Assembly: GCA_963678065.2 (NCBI GenBank)
Contig: CAXXVZ010000002.1
Coordinates: 544,001-608,000 of the forward strand
Direction of reading: 5' to 3'
Source of the DNA: Treponemataceae bacterium
GTDB taxonomy: Bacteria > Spirochaetota > Spirochaetia > Treponematales > Rectinemataceae
DNA length: 64,000 nt
Shown here: positions 29,564-38,422 of the stretch, one piece after another
How positions within the stretch are numbered: the stretch's first letter is position 1
Layout: the number at the start of each line of letters is the position of its first letter
Program-made: the position numbers and the translations under genes
The notes under the pieces: generated by a model
Database searches by the model: none
What the model was told of the DNA's origin: nothing
Seen by the model: the letters and a program-made list of their open reading frames with translations, nothing else

Positions 29564-30894
29564 CGACCATCCTGATCGTCGACGACCGGATCATGCTCTG
29601 CGAAAGTCTCCAGGCGAGCCTGGAAGAACGGGGTTACCGCGTCCTCATCGCGACCTCGGGCGGCATGGCGGTCGACATGTTCCACAACGAGAACATCCAG
29701 GCTGTCCTGCTCGACATCCGGCTCGGCGAGGAGGACGGAATGACTATCCTCCCGCGCCTCGCGACGATCGATCCCCTGGTTCCGGTGATCGTGATAACCG
29801 GCTACGGGACGGTGGAAAGCGCCGTGACCGCGATCAAGGAAGGGGCATTCGATTATCTCGAGAAGCCCGTCAAGGTCGAAAAACTGCTCATCGTCCTGGA
29901 GAACGCGATCCGGATGTCCGCCCTGGCGCGGGAAAACCGCGAACTGAAACGGAAAGGCTGCCTCTTCGCCTTCACGACCCGTTCAAGGGACATGAAATCT
30001 ATGCTCGAACGCGTGACCCGACTCGCGATCTCCGATTTGCCCATACTCATCCGGGGGGAGAGCGGCACCGGAAAGGAGCTGGTGGCGGAATACATCCACC
30101 AGACTTCGCCGCGGGCCCAGGGAACGCTCGAAAAGATCAACTGCGCCGCCTTCCCGGAAAGCCTGCTCGACAATGAACTGTTCGGCCACGAGAAGGGAGC
30201 CTTCACCGGCGCGGATTCGGTTTTCCGCGGAGTGTTCGAGCGGGCCCATGGTGGTACGCTCTTCCTGGACGAAGTCGGCGACATGCCCCCCGCTATCCAG
30301 GCCAAGATCCTGCGGGCGATACAGAACAAGGAAATCAGGCGGATCGGCGGATCGACCACGATCAAGGTCGACATCCGCTTCCTGGCCGCCACGAACCAGG
30401 ACCTCGAGACCCTGGTCGCGGAGGGCGCTTTCCGCAGCGATCTTCTGTACAGGCTCAATGCCGCGACGGTGCGGGTGCCCCTGCTTTGCGAGCGACCGGA
30501 AGACATTGTGCCGCTCGCCGAAAAAATGCTCGCCGACCTGGCGTCCGCGGACCGCCAGTGGCGACTATCCCCGGAAGCCGCGGTCGCCCTGGAGCGCTAT
30601 TCCTGGCCGGGCAATGTGCGCGAACTGAAAAGTGCGGTCCACTATGCCTGCACTGTCGCCCTCGATCCCATGATCCGGGAGCGCGACCTGCCCGAGAGCC
30701 TCGCCCTTCCCGTATCAGAGGACAGGAGACTCGGAGTGAGGGAAGGCGCCGAACGCTCCCTCATCCTGCGCACTTTGTCGGAGACCGGACACAACAAGAA
30801 GAAATCTGCGCAGATCCTTCAGATGAGCAGGGTGACGCTGTACAATAAGATGAAGAAGTATGGAATCGGAAGCGACGCCCCTCGTCCGGCTTGA
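29557..30894 (+). CDS. Sigma54-dependent response regulator (REC-AAA+-Fis HTH, NtrC/AtoC family)
   Basis: ILIVDD, LLDIRL, ITGYG, KP receiver motifs; GESGTGKE; ELFGHEKGAFTGA; LFLDEVG; WPGNVREL; C-terminal HTH. TTG start. Confidence 0.95.
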   Translation: MNTTILIVDDRIMLCESLQASLEERGYRVLIATSGGMAVDMFHNENIQAVLLDIRLGEEDGMTILPRLATIDPLVPVIVITGYGTVESAVTAIKEGAFDYLEKPVKVEKLLIVLENAIRMSALARENRELKRKGCLFAFTTRSRDMKSMLERVTRLAISDLPILIRGESGTGKELVAEYIHQTSPRAQGTLEKINCAAFPESLLDNELFGHEKGAFTGADSVFRGVFERAHGGTLFLDEVGDMPPAIQAKILRAIQNKEIRRIGGSTTIKVDIRFLAATNQDLETLVAEGAFRSDLLYRLNAATVRVPLLCERPEDIVPLAEKMLADLASADRQWRLSPEAAVALERYSWPGNVRELKSAVHYACTVALDPMIRERDLPESLALPVSEDRRLGVREGAERSLILRTLSETGHNKKKSAQILQMSRVTLYNKMKKYGIGSDAPRPA

Positions 30895-32692
30895 GGGTAT
30901 ACAGGTCCGATACGGCAGTCTCACCGTGCTGGGGAACCTGCATTTTTCCCTTGTCCCCGGAGAAATCCACGCGATAGTCGGCGAACACGGCGCGGGCAAG
31001 TCCACGCTGGCCCGGGTGATCGCCGGAGCGATCAGACCGTCGGCCGGCCGGGTTTCCTGGGAGGGGCGGCAGAGGGCTTTCTTCAACCGCGACATAGCGC
31101 GGAACCTCGGCATCGAGTTCGTCGCGCAGGAGACGAGCATCTTCCGTCACCAGTCGGTGGCCTTCAATCTTCTCGTCAACAGGAAAAGTCTTTTCCCCGG
31201 CCCGCTCTTCAGCCCGCACCGGAATGTCGAAGAGGCGGAGCGCTACCTCGCGCGGATGGGCGTATCGATACCGGCGCGCGCCCTCATGGAGGGGCTCGCC
31301 CTCCCGGACAGGGTACTCATCGACATCCTGAGCTGCCTGTACGCGGGGCCGCGGCTCCTTATCCTGGACGAGGCCCTCGAAAAGCTGTCCGCCGAGGACC
31401 TCGCCAGGGTCCGCCCGCTCCTGCGGGGCATAGCCCGCTCAGGCGGCTGTGTCCTTGTGATCACCCACCGGATCGACGACATGTACAATCTCGCCGACAG
31501 CCTCACCATTCTCCGCGCGGGCAAAATCCTGATGACGGACAGGGTGCGCAACATCGACAAGGTGAGTGTCATCAAGCTCGCCTACACACAGATCATGAGC
31601 CGTCCGGAAGCCGAGGACATGAACGAGGAATTCCACCACTTCCTCAAGTACAACGAGGCGGTTCTCGAACATCTTCCGGTCAGCCTGGTGATCGTCGACC
31701 GGAACGGGAAGATCAAAATGTACAACCGCCGGGCGCAGGAATTTTTCGACCTGCCGCAGGTGCCGGCTGGAGAGCGGGGGATCGAACTCCTTTTCCGGCC
31801 GGAGGAAGAGGACGCTATCGCCGCGGTTTCCGCGGCGATAGAGAGGCGGGTTCTGGATTGCGCGTACGGCATGAGGCTCCGGAAAGGAAAGGGCGACCGG
31901 ACGGTCGATTTTACGTACAATCCCATTTTCGACGGGGATCACTTCATAGGGAGCATGCTGATCTTCAATGACATCACCGAGCAGGAAGAGCTGCGCGCGG
32001 GGATGATCCTGTCCGAAAAACTGGCCGCGGTCGGGCTCTTGTCGGCGGGAGTCGCCCACGAGATCAACAATCCGCTCGAGACGATCTGCAACTCCGTCGA
32101 CTTCCTCAAAATGAAGGTTACGGAGGAGAAACAGGCCAGGGCGCTGTCGCGGATCGAGGGGGAGGTAGCGGCGATCGGACACATCGTCGGGAACCTCATG
32201 GCGTTCTCCGGCCGGAACAGGAGCCCGGAGGAGCGCTTCGATCTGGGGGAATTGCTGTCGGAGACGGTTTCCCTCCTGCGGTACAACGCGCGGTTCTCCG
32301 GAACAAAGATCGTGTACCGCGGGCCGGATTCGCCCCTCGGGATCACAGCGGTGCGGACGGAAATCAGACAGGTTTTCCTCAACCTCATCAAGAACGGCCT
32401 TGAGGCCATGCCGGATGGCGGCAATCTCGAAGTGCTGCTCCGCCGGGAACATGAGGGCGACCAGAGCTGGGCGGTCGGCATCGTGGAGGACCGCGGCACG
32501 GGGCTCGGGACCGGGACCGGCACGACGATTTTCCTGCCCTTCTTCTCGACGAAAAGCGGAGCCGAGGGGCACATGGGACTTGGACTTTCGATTTCATACG
32601 GAATCATCAACAAACTTGGCGGATCCATCGCCGCGGAGAACATCGAACCGCGGGGATGTCGATTCACCGTCCGCATACCGGCCTGTGGCTGA
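30860..32692 (+). CDS. Hybrid protein: ABC ATPase domain - PAS - HisKA - HATPase_c histidine kinase
   Basis: One 610-aa ORF with GEHGAGKST, FVAQE, LLILDEA and VITHR, then PAS (VLEHLPVSLVIVDRNGKIKMYNRRAQEFF), H-box AGVAHEINNPL, N-box QVFLNLIKNG, EDRGTG, FLPFFSTK and GLGLSIS; no TM segment. Confidence 0.9.
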   Translation: MESEATPLVRLEGIQVRYGSLTVLGNLHFSLVPGEIHAIVGEHGAGKSTLARVIAGAIRPSAGRVSWEGRQRAFFNRDIARNLGIEFVAQETSIFRHQSVAFNLLVNRKSLFPGPLFSPHRNVEEAERYLARMGVSIPARALMEGLALPDRVLIDILSCLYAGPRLLILDEALEKLSAEDLARVRPLLRGIARSGGCVLVITHRIDDMYNLADSLTILRAGKILMTDRVRNIDKVSVIKLAYTQIMSRPEAEDMNEEFHHFLKYNEAVLEHLPVSLVIVDRNGKIKMYNRRAQEFFDLPQVPAGERGIELLFRPEEEDAIAAVSAAIERRVLDCAYGMRLRKGKGDRTVDFTYNPIFDGDHFIGSMLIFNDITEQEELRAGMILSEKLAAVGLLSAGVAHEINNPLETICNSVDFLKMKVTEEKQARALSRIEGEVAAIGHIVGNLMAFSGRNRSPEERFDLGELLSETVSLLRYNARFSGTKIVYRGPDSPLGITAVRTEIRQVFLNLIKNGLEAMPDGGNLEVLLRREHEGDQSWAVGIVEDRGTGLGTGTGTTIFLPFFSTKSGAEGHMGLGLSISYGIINKLGGSIAAENIEPRGCRFTVRIPACG

Positions 32693-32710
32693 AGCGGGAG
32701 AGGAGAGACA

Positions 32711-33910
32711 ATGGACCTTTGCGTCGGACAGGAAATCGACGAGATCGTCGAAAAGGGTATGGCTGACCGGGTATTCCCCGGCATCGTCTGCGGCGTATGG
32801 AAGGACGGGAGGGAAGTCTACAGCCTCGTCAAAGGTCACGCAGTGCCGCCCGACGACCCGGAACTCGCCGCGCGTCCGATGGCGCGCGACACCGTTTTCG
32901 ACTTGGCCTCCCTCACGAAGCCTTTGTCCACGGCGATACTCGTCATGAAGGCTGTCGAGGCGGGGGCCCTCAGGTTGGACGACACTGTTTCCCGCTTTTT
33001 GCGGGGCCCCGCCCCGGGATACGCTTCGCCGGCCGCCTCCGCCATCCCCGTCCGTGAGCTGTTGACTCACACGGGCGGGCTTCCCGCCATTCCGGCCCTC
33101 GAAAAATACTTCCCCGATCCTTTCCACATCGACCGGAACGAGGCTGTTGCGAGGCTTCTCGCCATCGCGCCCGAGCGCCCTTTCGGAGAGTCGGTCGTCT
33201 ACTCCTGCACGGGATTCATGCTCCTCGGTCTCATCCTTGAGAGCGTCTCCGGGCTGAGTCTGGGTGAACTTTTCCGTCGCGAACTCGCGCGGCCGCTGGG
33301 GCTCGCGGGCGCGGGATTCGCGCCGGAGCTCGGGCAGGACCCGCGGGATGCCGGGCCGGACACAGCCTCGCGTGGATCGGGTCCGGCCCTCTTCCCCGGC
33401 GCGGCGCCGACCGAGTTCTGCGCCTGGAGGAAGCGGCGGATCTGCGCTCAGGTCCACGACGAGAGCTCCTGGTGCCTCGGCGGACAGGCGGGGAATGCGG
33501 GGTTTTTCGCCACGCTCGACGATGTGGCGGCGATCGCCTCGATCTATCTGCAGGAGGGCCTGTCGTGGGGAGGGCGCGACGGGACACAGGGCGTACGGAT
33601 TCTCGAGCGGGACACTGTCCGTCTCATGACCACTCCTCAGACAGAGGCCGCCGGAGAGCGAAGATCCTTGGGCCTGCGCCTCCACGATCAGGATACGCTG
33701 GACGGGCCGGCCTGGCCCGACTCGAGCTTCGGTCACACGGGTTTCACCGGCACGAGCGTGTTCATGGATCCCGGAAGCCGCCTCATGGCTGTGTGCCTCA
33801 CGAACCGGGTCTACTATGGCCGCGAACAGACCGTGCTGAAAATGCCGGTGTTCAGGCGGGCCTTCCACACGGCGGTGTACAGGCGCTTTGCCGGAACACC
33901 CGCTCTCTAG
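32711..33910 (+). CDS. Serine hydrolase, beta-lactamase/AmpC-like family
   Basis: FDLASLTK SxxK, LLTHTGG, YSC, VHDE and FGHTGFTGT; no signal peptide. Confidence 0.9.
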   Translation: MDLCVGQEIDEIVEKGMADRVFPGIVCGVWKDGREVYSLVKGHAVPPDDPELAARPMARDTVFDLASLTKPLSTAILVMKAVEAGALRLDDTVSRFLRGPAPGYASPAASAIPVRELLTHTGGLPAIPALEKYFPDPFHIDRNEAVARLLAIAPERPFGESVVYSCTGFMLLGLILESVSGLSLGELFRRELARPLGLAGAGFAPELGQDPRDAGPDTASRGSGPALFPGAAPTEFCAWRKRRICAQVHDESSWCLGGQAGNAGFFATLDDVAAIASIYLQEGLSWGGRDGTQGVRILERDTVRLMTTPQTEAAGERRSLGLRLHDQDTLDGPAWPDSSFGHTGFTGTSVFMDPGSRLMAVCLTNRVYYGREQTVLKMPVFRRAFHTAVYRRFAGTPAL

Positions 33911-33916
33911 TGCGCG

Positions 33917-36900
33917 TCACAGCCCCGCCTGGTCTCCGGAGGCGGGGACCAACCTGACTGTCTTGATCTCGAAGGCGCGGAAATCGAGGGATATGGCGCC
34001 TCCACTGATGGACAGCACGCGCCCTCCTTGTTCCAGCATATCGGTCTCGACGGCGCTCTCCAGAGCGAAATCCGTCCGGAGAGCGCAGCGGGTCGCCGTA
34101 CCGTAGCACTCGTAGAGCCTCAGCATGATGTCCCCCGAACCGTCTTCGGGAGGTTTTGCCGTTTCGAGCACGACGCCGGGCTTGTCCAGGACAAAGATCG
34201 AGCGCGATCCGTCGCCGGGGTCCGGGACCGGGCGCGGAAGAACGGGAGAGTTGAGATTGTAGGCTTCCCGGACAAGGCCGCTCTCTCCGAGAGGCGAGTT
34301 CCAGAAATACAGAGCGTAGGTGAACTCCTGGATGCCGCGGTCGGCCTGCATGTCGGGCACCCACGCGGCTTTCAGGAGCGTGAGGGCGATGATTGAGTCG
34401 CGCACGCTCACCCCGTACTTGCAGTCGTTGAGCAGGGCGAAACCCCGCCCCGGTTCGGCGATGGCCGTCCACTTGTGCTGACTGACCTCGTAACGGTCGG
34501 CGTCGTGCCGCCGGGAAGAGTGGGCGGGGCGCCTTACGTGGCCGAACTGGATTTCGCTCAGGGCCTCGTCCGCGCGGAAGGCCACCGGGAAGGCGACTTT
34601 GAGGAGTCTGTGGTTTTCCCTCCAGTCGATGCGGGTGCGGAAATCCACCCGAACCGAACCGCGGCGCAGAACAATCTCCTGAGTGAGTCCGGAGTCCGCG
34701 ATGCTCCGCTCGATCCTGACGCGGGCGACGAGCGGCCCCTTGTCCAGAACGATCATCCGGGCTGGGCTGTCCAGGACAACCGGCACGCTCTCGTACATGC
34801 TGTCGATGTCCCAGGCGTCGTAATTCGTCGTGACGTCTTTGTAGAGCCTGAACTCGTTGCAGTTTCCGGCGGCGAGTTCCCGGCCTTGCGTGAGGTCGAA
34901 TATGCTCGAGATCGAGCCGAAGCGGTCCAGGACGATGCGCGTGAGGCCGTTGGACATGACGATGCCGGTGCCCGAGTCGGCAACCTCGACATCGCAGACG
35001 CCGGCGCAGAGGCCGGCGTTGGGGACTTCGACATCGCGTGCGCCCGCGCCCCGGGGCGCGCCGCCGACTGCCCGCGGCTCCGTGTCGGATACCGTTGCGC
35101 CCTCCCCGGCCGGCGCTTCACCGCTCCCGGATAAAAGTTCGCCGCCGCCGGGCACCATTCTCTCGCGATCAGGCAGGATCCTGATCGTCGACCAGCCGCA
35201 AGGCGGCAGGTCGACGAGAGCGAGGCTTCCGGCCTCCGTTTCCTGGACCGGCAGAACTTTCCTGCCGGTTTCTTCCCATGCTTTCCTGCCGGCATCTTCC
35301 CCCGGTTCTCCATCGGCGACGCGGAAGGCGCTCGCGCCCTTCGGGATCGGGACGAGCTCGGCGCGCTCCCACGAGAGCGAATTGTAGACGCGAAGGAATT
35401 CCGGGGAGCGGGAATCGCCGCCGTGCGGCTCATCCTCGGCGCACAGGACAGCCTCGAGAGAGGCGAGCGCCAGATCGCGCACAGAGCGGGCGTCGCGGGC
35501 CACCCCAGCGAGTTCGGCTTCGGCCTCCTCGTGCACGCGGCGGATCGAGGCTCCGGTGATCACATCGTGGAAATGGTTCATGAGAAGGCTTTGCCAGATG
35601 CGTTCCATGAGTTCGCGCGGATAGGCCATGACGGCTCCCGAGGCGGACCCGATGCCTGTCGCGACGGAAGCCCAGAACTCGGCCTCGCGCAGCGCGAACT
35701 CGGCCAGCCTGTTCGCCCGCTTGGTGCGGGCCTGCGAGGTGTAGGTGCCGCGGTGCTCGGAAAAATAAAGTTCCCCGACGTACACGTCCTTGGGGAGTCC
35801 ACGCCTCTCGATGTCCCGGAAGAAATCGGCGGGATGGCTCATCCGCGTCCGGGGTATCCCCTCGAGGTCGCCGAGTCTGCGCGTGAACTCGAGCATCGTC
35901 CGCGTCGGACCACCGCCGCCGTCGCCGTATCCGAAGGGAAAGAGGTAGGTCGAGATCCCGTCCTTCTGTATCCGGTCGGTGTCCCAGCGCCGCGAGAGAG
36001 TCGCCGGATCGATCTGCGAGTTGCACTTGCGGAAGACGTGGGACAATACCCGCGTGCCGTCCAGCCCCTGCCACATGAATATCGAGTAGGGGAAGGGCTC
36101 GCCGTCGCTGTAGGTGTCGGCGATTTTCTTCGTCGCAAACCAGGAGAGGCCGCAACCTTTCATGATCTGCGGCAGGGCGGCCGAAAAACCGAAGGTGTCG
36201 GGCAGCCACAGGACGCTCGTGTCGGAGCCGAGTTCCTCCCGGAAAAAGCGCTTCGCGAACAGAATCTGCCGTATCAGGGCCTCGCCCGAAGGCAGGTTGG
36301 TGTCAGGCTCGAGCCACATTCCGCCCTCGGCCATCGCGCGTCCCTCGAGGAGCCGCCTCCGGGTCCGCTCCCAGATCTCCGGATAGTGCTCCTTCAGCAT
36401 GAGAAAGAGCGGAACCTGGCAGAAGAGATAGCGGTATTCGGGGTACTCGTCCATGAGGGCGAGCTGAGTCGACATGGTGCGCGCCGACTTGCGCACTGTC
36501 TCCTGCCGCGGCCACTTCCAGGCGAGGTCGAGGTGGGACTGGCCGAAAATGAACATCGTCGGGGCCGTCGATCCGTTCACGCAGGCGAGCAGGGGGGCGA
36601 GCCTCGCGCGGGCGGCGACGAACGAGGCCTCGCGCGCTTCCGCAGATGTCTCGAAATCGACGATCCTGGTGAAGTCGCACAGGCCCTCGTCGATCTGCAA
36701 GACCCGCAGGGAGGACTCGCTCAGGCTGTCGCGGGTCTGTAAGAGTGTCTGTGCGTCGATCCAGAGGGCGAAAGCCTCATCGTTCCAGATGCCGAAACTG
36801 CTCTCGCCGACGGTCTGCTGGGCCGGCCCCGGCTCGGGCATGGGAATCCTGCCCGGGGGCACCGGCCCGACACTCTCCTCGGTGAGCCCGTGCCCCGCGT

Positions 36901-37297
36901 AGAACTCGGCGAGGATTCCGAACTTCCTGCCAGGCAGGGAATCAGGACCCGCACAGAGCGTGATTTCGCGGTGCTCGCGGTCCCGCGCGCCCGCGGCGAC
37001 GCCGTTCACGAAGACGAGCCCCTCCGCGCCCGGATTCGCCGCGAGAACGATCCTGCGACCACGGGCCTCCTCGGGAAGGGTTATGGCGGCGCGAAACCAG
37101 GCGTACTCCCACTTCGCGCCCCACTTCGTCCCGGCGGGCATCGGAGAAAAATCTCCGCGCACGGCCTCTTCGGGCCCGAGGCGCTCCGCTGTCACGAAAC
37201 CTTCGAAATCGACGACGCCGAGCGGCGCATAGAAATGCCGGGGCAATTCAGTCATCCAGTTCCTGACGCGGCCGGTCCACTCGCGTGTCAATGCCAT
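33917..37297 (-). CDS. Alpha-mannosidase, GH38
   Basis: GQSHLDLAWKW, GGMWLEPDTNLPSGEALIRQ, WLPDTFG, GYGDGGGGP, HRGTYTSQ and NHFHDVITG. Confidence 0.95.
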   Translation of the reverse strand: MALTREWTGRVRNWMTELPRHFYAPLGVVDFEGFVTAERLGPEEAVRGDFSPMPAGTKWGAKWEYAWFRAAITLPEEARGRRIVLAANPGAEGLVFVNGVAAGARDREHREITLCAGPDSLPGRKFGILAEFYAGHGLTEESVGPVPPGRIPMPEPGPAQQTVGESSFGIWNDEAFALWIDAQTLLQTRDSLSESSLRVLQIDEGLCDFTRIVDFETSAEAREASFVAARARLAPLLACVNGSTAPTMFIFGQSHLDLAWKWPRQETVRKSARTMSTQLALMDEYPEYRYLFCQVPLFLMLKEHYPEIWERTRRRLLEGRAMAEGGMWLEPDTNLPSGEALIRQILFAKRFFREELGSDTSVLWLPDTFGFSAALPQIMKGCGLSWFATKKIADTYSDGEPFPYSIFMWQGLDGTRVLSHVFRKCNSQIDPATLSRRWDTDRIQKDGISTYLFPFGYGDGGGGPTRTMLEFTRRLGDLEGIPRTRMSHPADFFRDIERRGLPKDVYVGELYFSEHRGTYTSQARTKRANRLAEFALREAEFWASVATGIGSASGAVMAYPRELMERIWQSLLMNHFHDVITGASIRRVHEEAEAELAGVARDARSVRDLALASLEAVLCAEDEPHGGDSRSPEFLRVYNSLSWERAELVPIPKGASAFRVADGEPGEDAGRKAWEETGRKVLPVQETEAGSLALVDLPPCGWSTIRILPDRERMVPGGGELLSGSGEAPAGEGATVSDTEPRAVGGAPRGAGARDVEVPNAGLCAGVCDVEVADSGTGIVMSNGLTRIVLDRFGSISSIFDLTQGRELAAGNCNEFRLYKDVTTNYDAWDIDSMYESVPVVLDSPARMIVLDKGPLVARVRIERSIADSGLTQEIVLRRGSVRVDFRTRIDWRENHRLLKVAFPVAFRADEALSEIQFGHVRRPAHSSRRHDADRYEVSQHKWTAIAEPGRGFALLNDCKYGVSVRDSIIALTLLKAAWVPDMQADRGIQEFTYALYFWNSPLGESGLVREAYNLNSPVLPRPVPDPGDGSRSIFVLDKPGVVLETAKPPEDGSGDIMLRLYECYGTATRCALRTDFALESAVETDMLEQGGRVLSISGGAISLDFRAFEIKTVRLVPASGDQAGL

Positions 37298-37300
37298 CGG

Positions 37301-38422
37301 CTATATCCTTCCTGTCGAGTCCCGGCCCCCGCCGGAGGCTCTCCGATCCGCGAGCGCGCGGGCGAGCCTTTGCGCTCCCTGAACGACATCCTCGCGCGAG
37401 TTCTTCTTTCCCAGCTCGAGCACCTTGATGGGCGCCGCCTCGATCAGGTCGAGGTAGCCGTCGAGTCCCTCGCGGGAGTAGGGCGCGAAATGATCGTCGA
37501 CCCCGTCCACGTCGTGGATGTGGACACCCTCCAGGCGCGCAAGGAGCGCGCGGGCTTCCTCCCTGTCGTCGAAAAAACCGAGATGCCGCATCATGGCGCC
37601 GTGCCCCGTGTCGAACCACATCCCGAGAGGAGCCCCGGCCAGGGCACCGAGAATCCGGCGCATCTGCGCGAAGTCGGGAATCTGCCAGCACATGGGACGG
37701 TTTTCGATGCCCAGCCTCACGTCCAGGTTCTCGCGTACGATGAAACCGGCGACTTCCTCGAGGCTTTCGATGATCCGACCGAGTTCCGGCTCCGCGCACA
37801 GGTCGCGGTATTCGATAAACTCGCGGAAGACGGCGTCGAATTCCGCGTCGCCACGCCTCAGGCCCCGGCTGTACAGGGCCTTCAGTTCGGTGTCGTAGGC
37901 CTCGACGGGACGACTTTCGGAATAACGACCCGCGCCGGAATCCGGCCATAGGCCCAGCCCCGGCCTCGAACGCAGACCAGAACCAGGGTCTTTGCCCGTC
38001 GTACCTGTACCGGCCGCGGAACGGGGCGGCAGCACGCCGGGATGCACGACGACGACCCGGGCGCCGAGCTCGGATGCCATCCTCACCGTCCCGACAGTGA
38101 GTTCGACCGCGCGTTTTCTCAGCTCCGGGTCGGCGTAGCCGAGGAGGCGGGAATCCGTGTCGAAACGAGAATCCGGGACCTTGGGGAAAACGTTGTGGAG
38201 GCTCGGGACTTCGATCTCACCCCGCTCCACCATCGGCCTGATCGTCGCGAGGGCCTCTTCGGAGATCTGGTAGTTCAACTCGACTTTCCGGAATCCCAGA
38301 TCGACGATCTCCTCAATTATCGTTCGTCCGACGGGGGAATTGCGCCAGTTCCACGAAGTGGAGAAGGAAAACCGGTCCAGCCCGGCGGCAAGCTCCTCAG
38401 AACCGGCGCGGGACGAGCTCAC
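37301..38422 (-). CDS. Sugar phosphate isomerase/epimerase (xylose isomerase-like TIM barrel)
   Basis: SLHN, VVVHPG, LGIENR, WFDTGH, VHIHD and DHFAP metal motifs; GTG start overlaps the upstream stop. Confidence 0.8.
   Translation of the reverse strand: MSSSRAGSEELAAGLDRFSFSTSWNWRNSPVGRTIIEEIVDLGFRKVELNYQISEEALATIRPMVERGEIEVPSLHNVFPKVPDSRFDTDSRLLGYADPELRKRAVELTVGTVRMASELGARVVVVHPGVLPPRSAAGTGTTGKDPGSGLRSRPGLGLWPDSGAGRYSESRPVEAYDTELKALYSRGLRRGDAEFDAVFREFIEYRDLCAEPELGRIIESLEEVAGFIVRENLDVRLGIENRPMCWQIPDFAQMRRILGALAGAPLGMWFDTGHGAMMRHLGFFDDREEARALLARLEGVHIHDVDGVDDHFAPYSREGLDGYLDLIEAAPIKVLELGKKNSREDVVQGAQRLARALADRRASGGGRDSTGRI

Noticed and set aside
30860..31600. ABC domain as a separate gene or frameshift artefact upstream of a kinase
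   Set aside because: The reading frame is continuous with no stop, and the NBD-PAS linker looks like normal coding sequence, so it is kept as a fusion pending a read-level check.
32711..33910. Antibiotic-resistance beta-lactamase
   Set aside because: No signal peptide, and the YSC/GHTG motifs fit the broad esterase/amidase branch rather than class C beta-lactamases (YxN/KTG).
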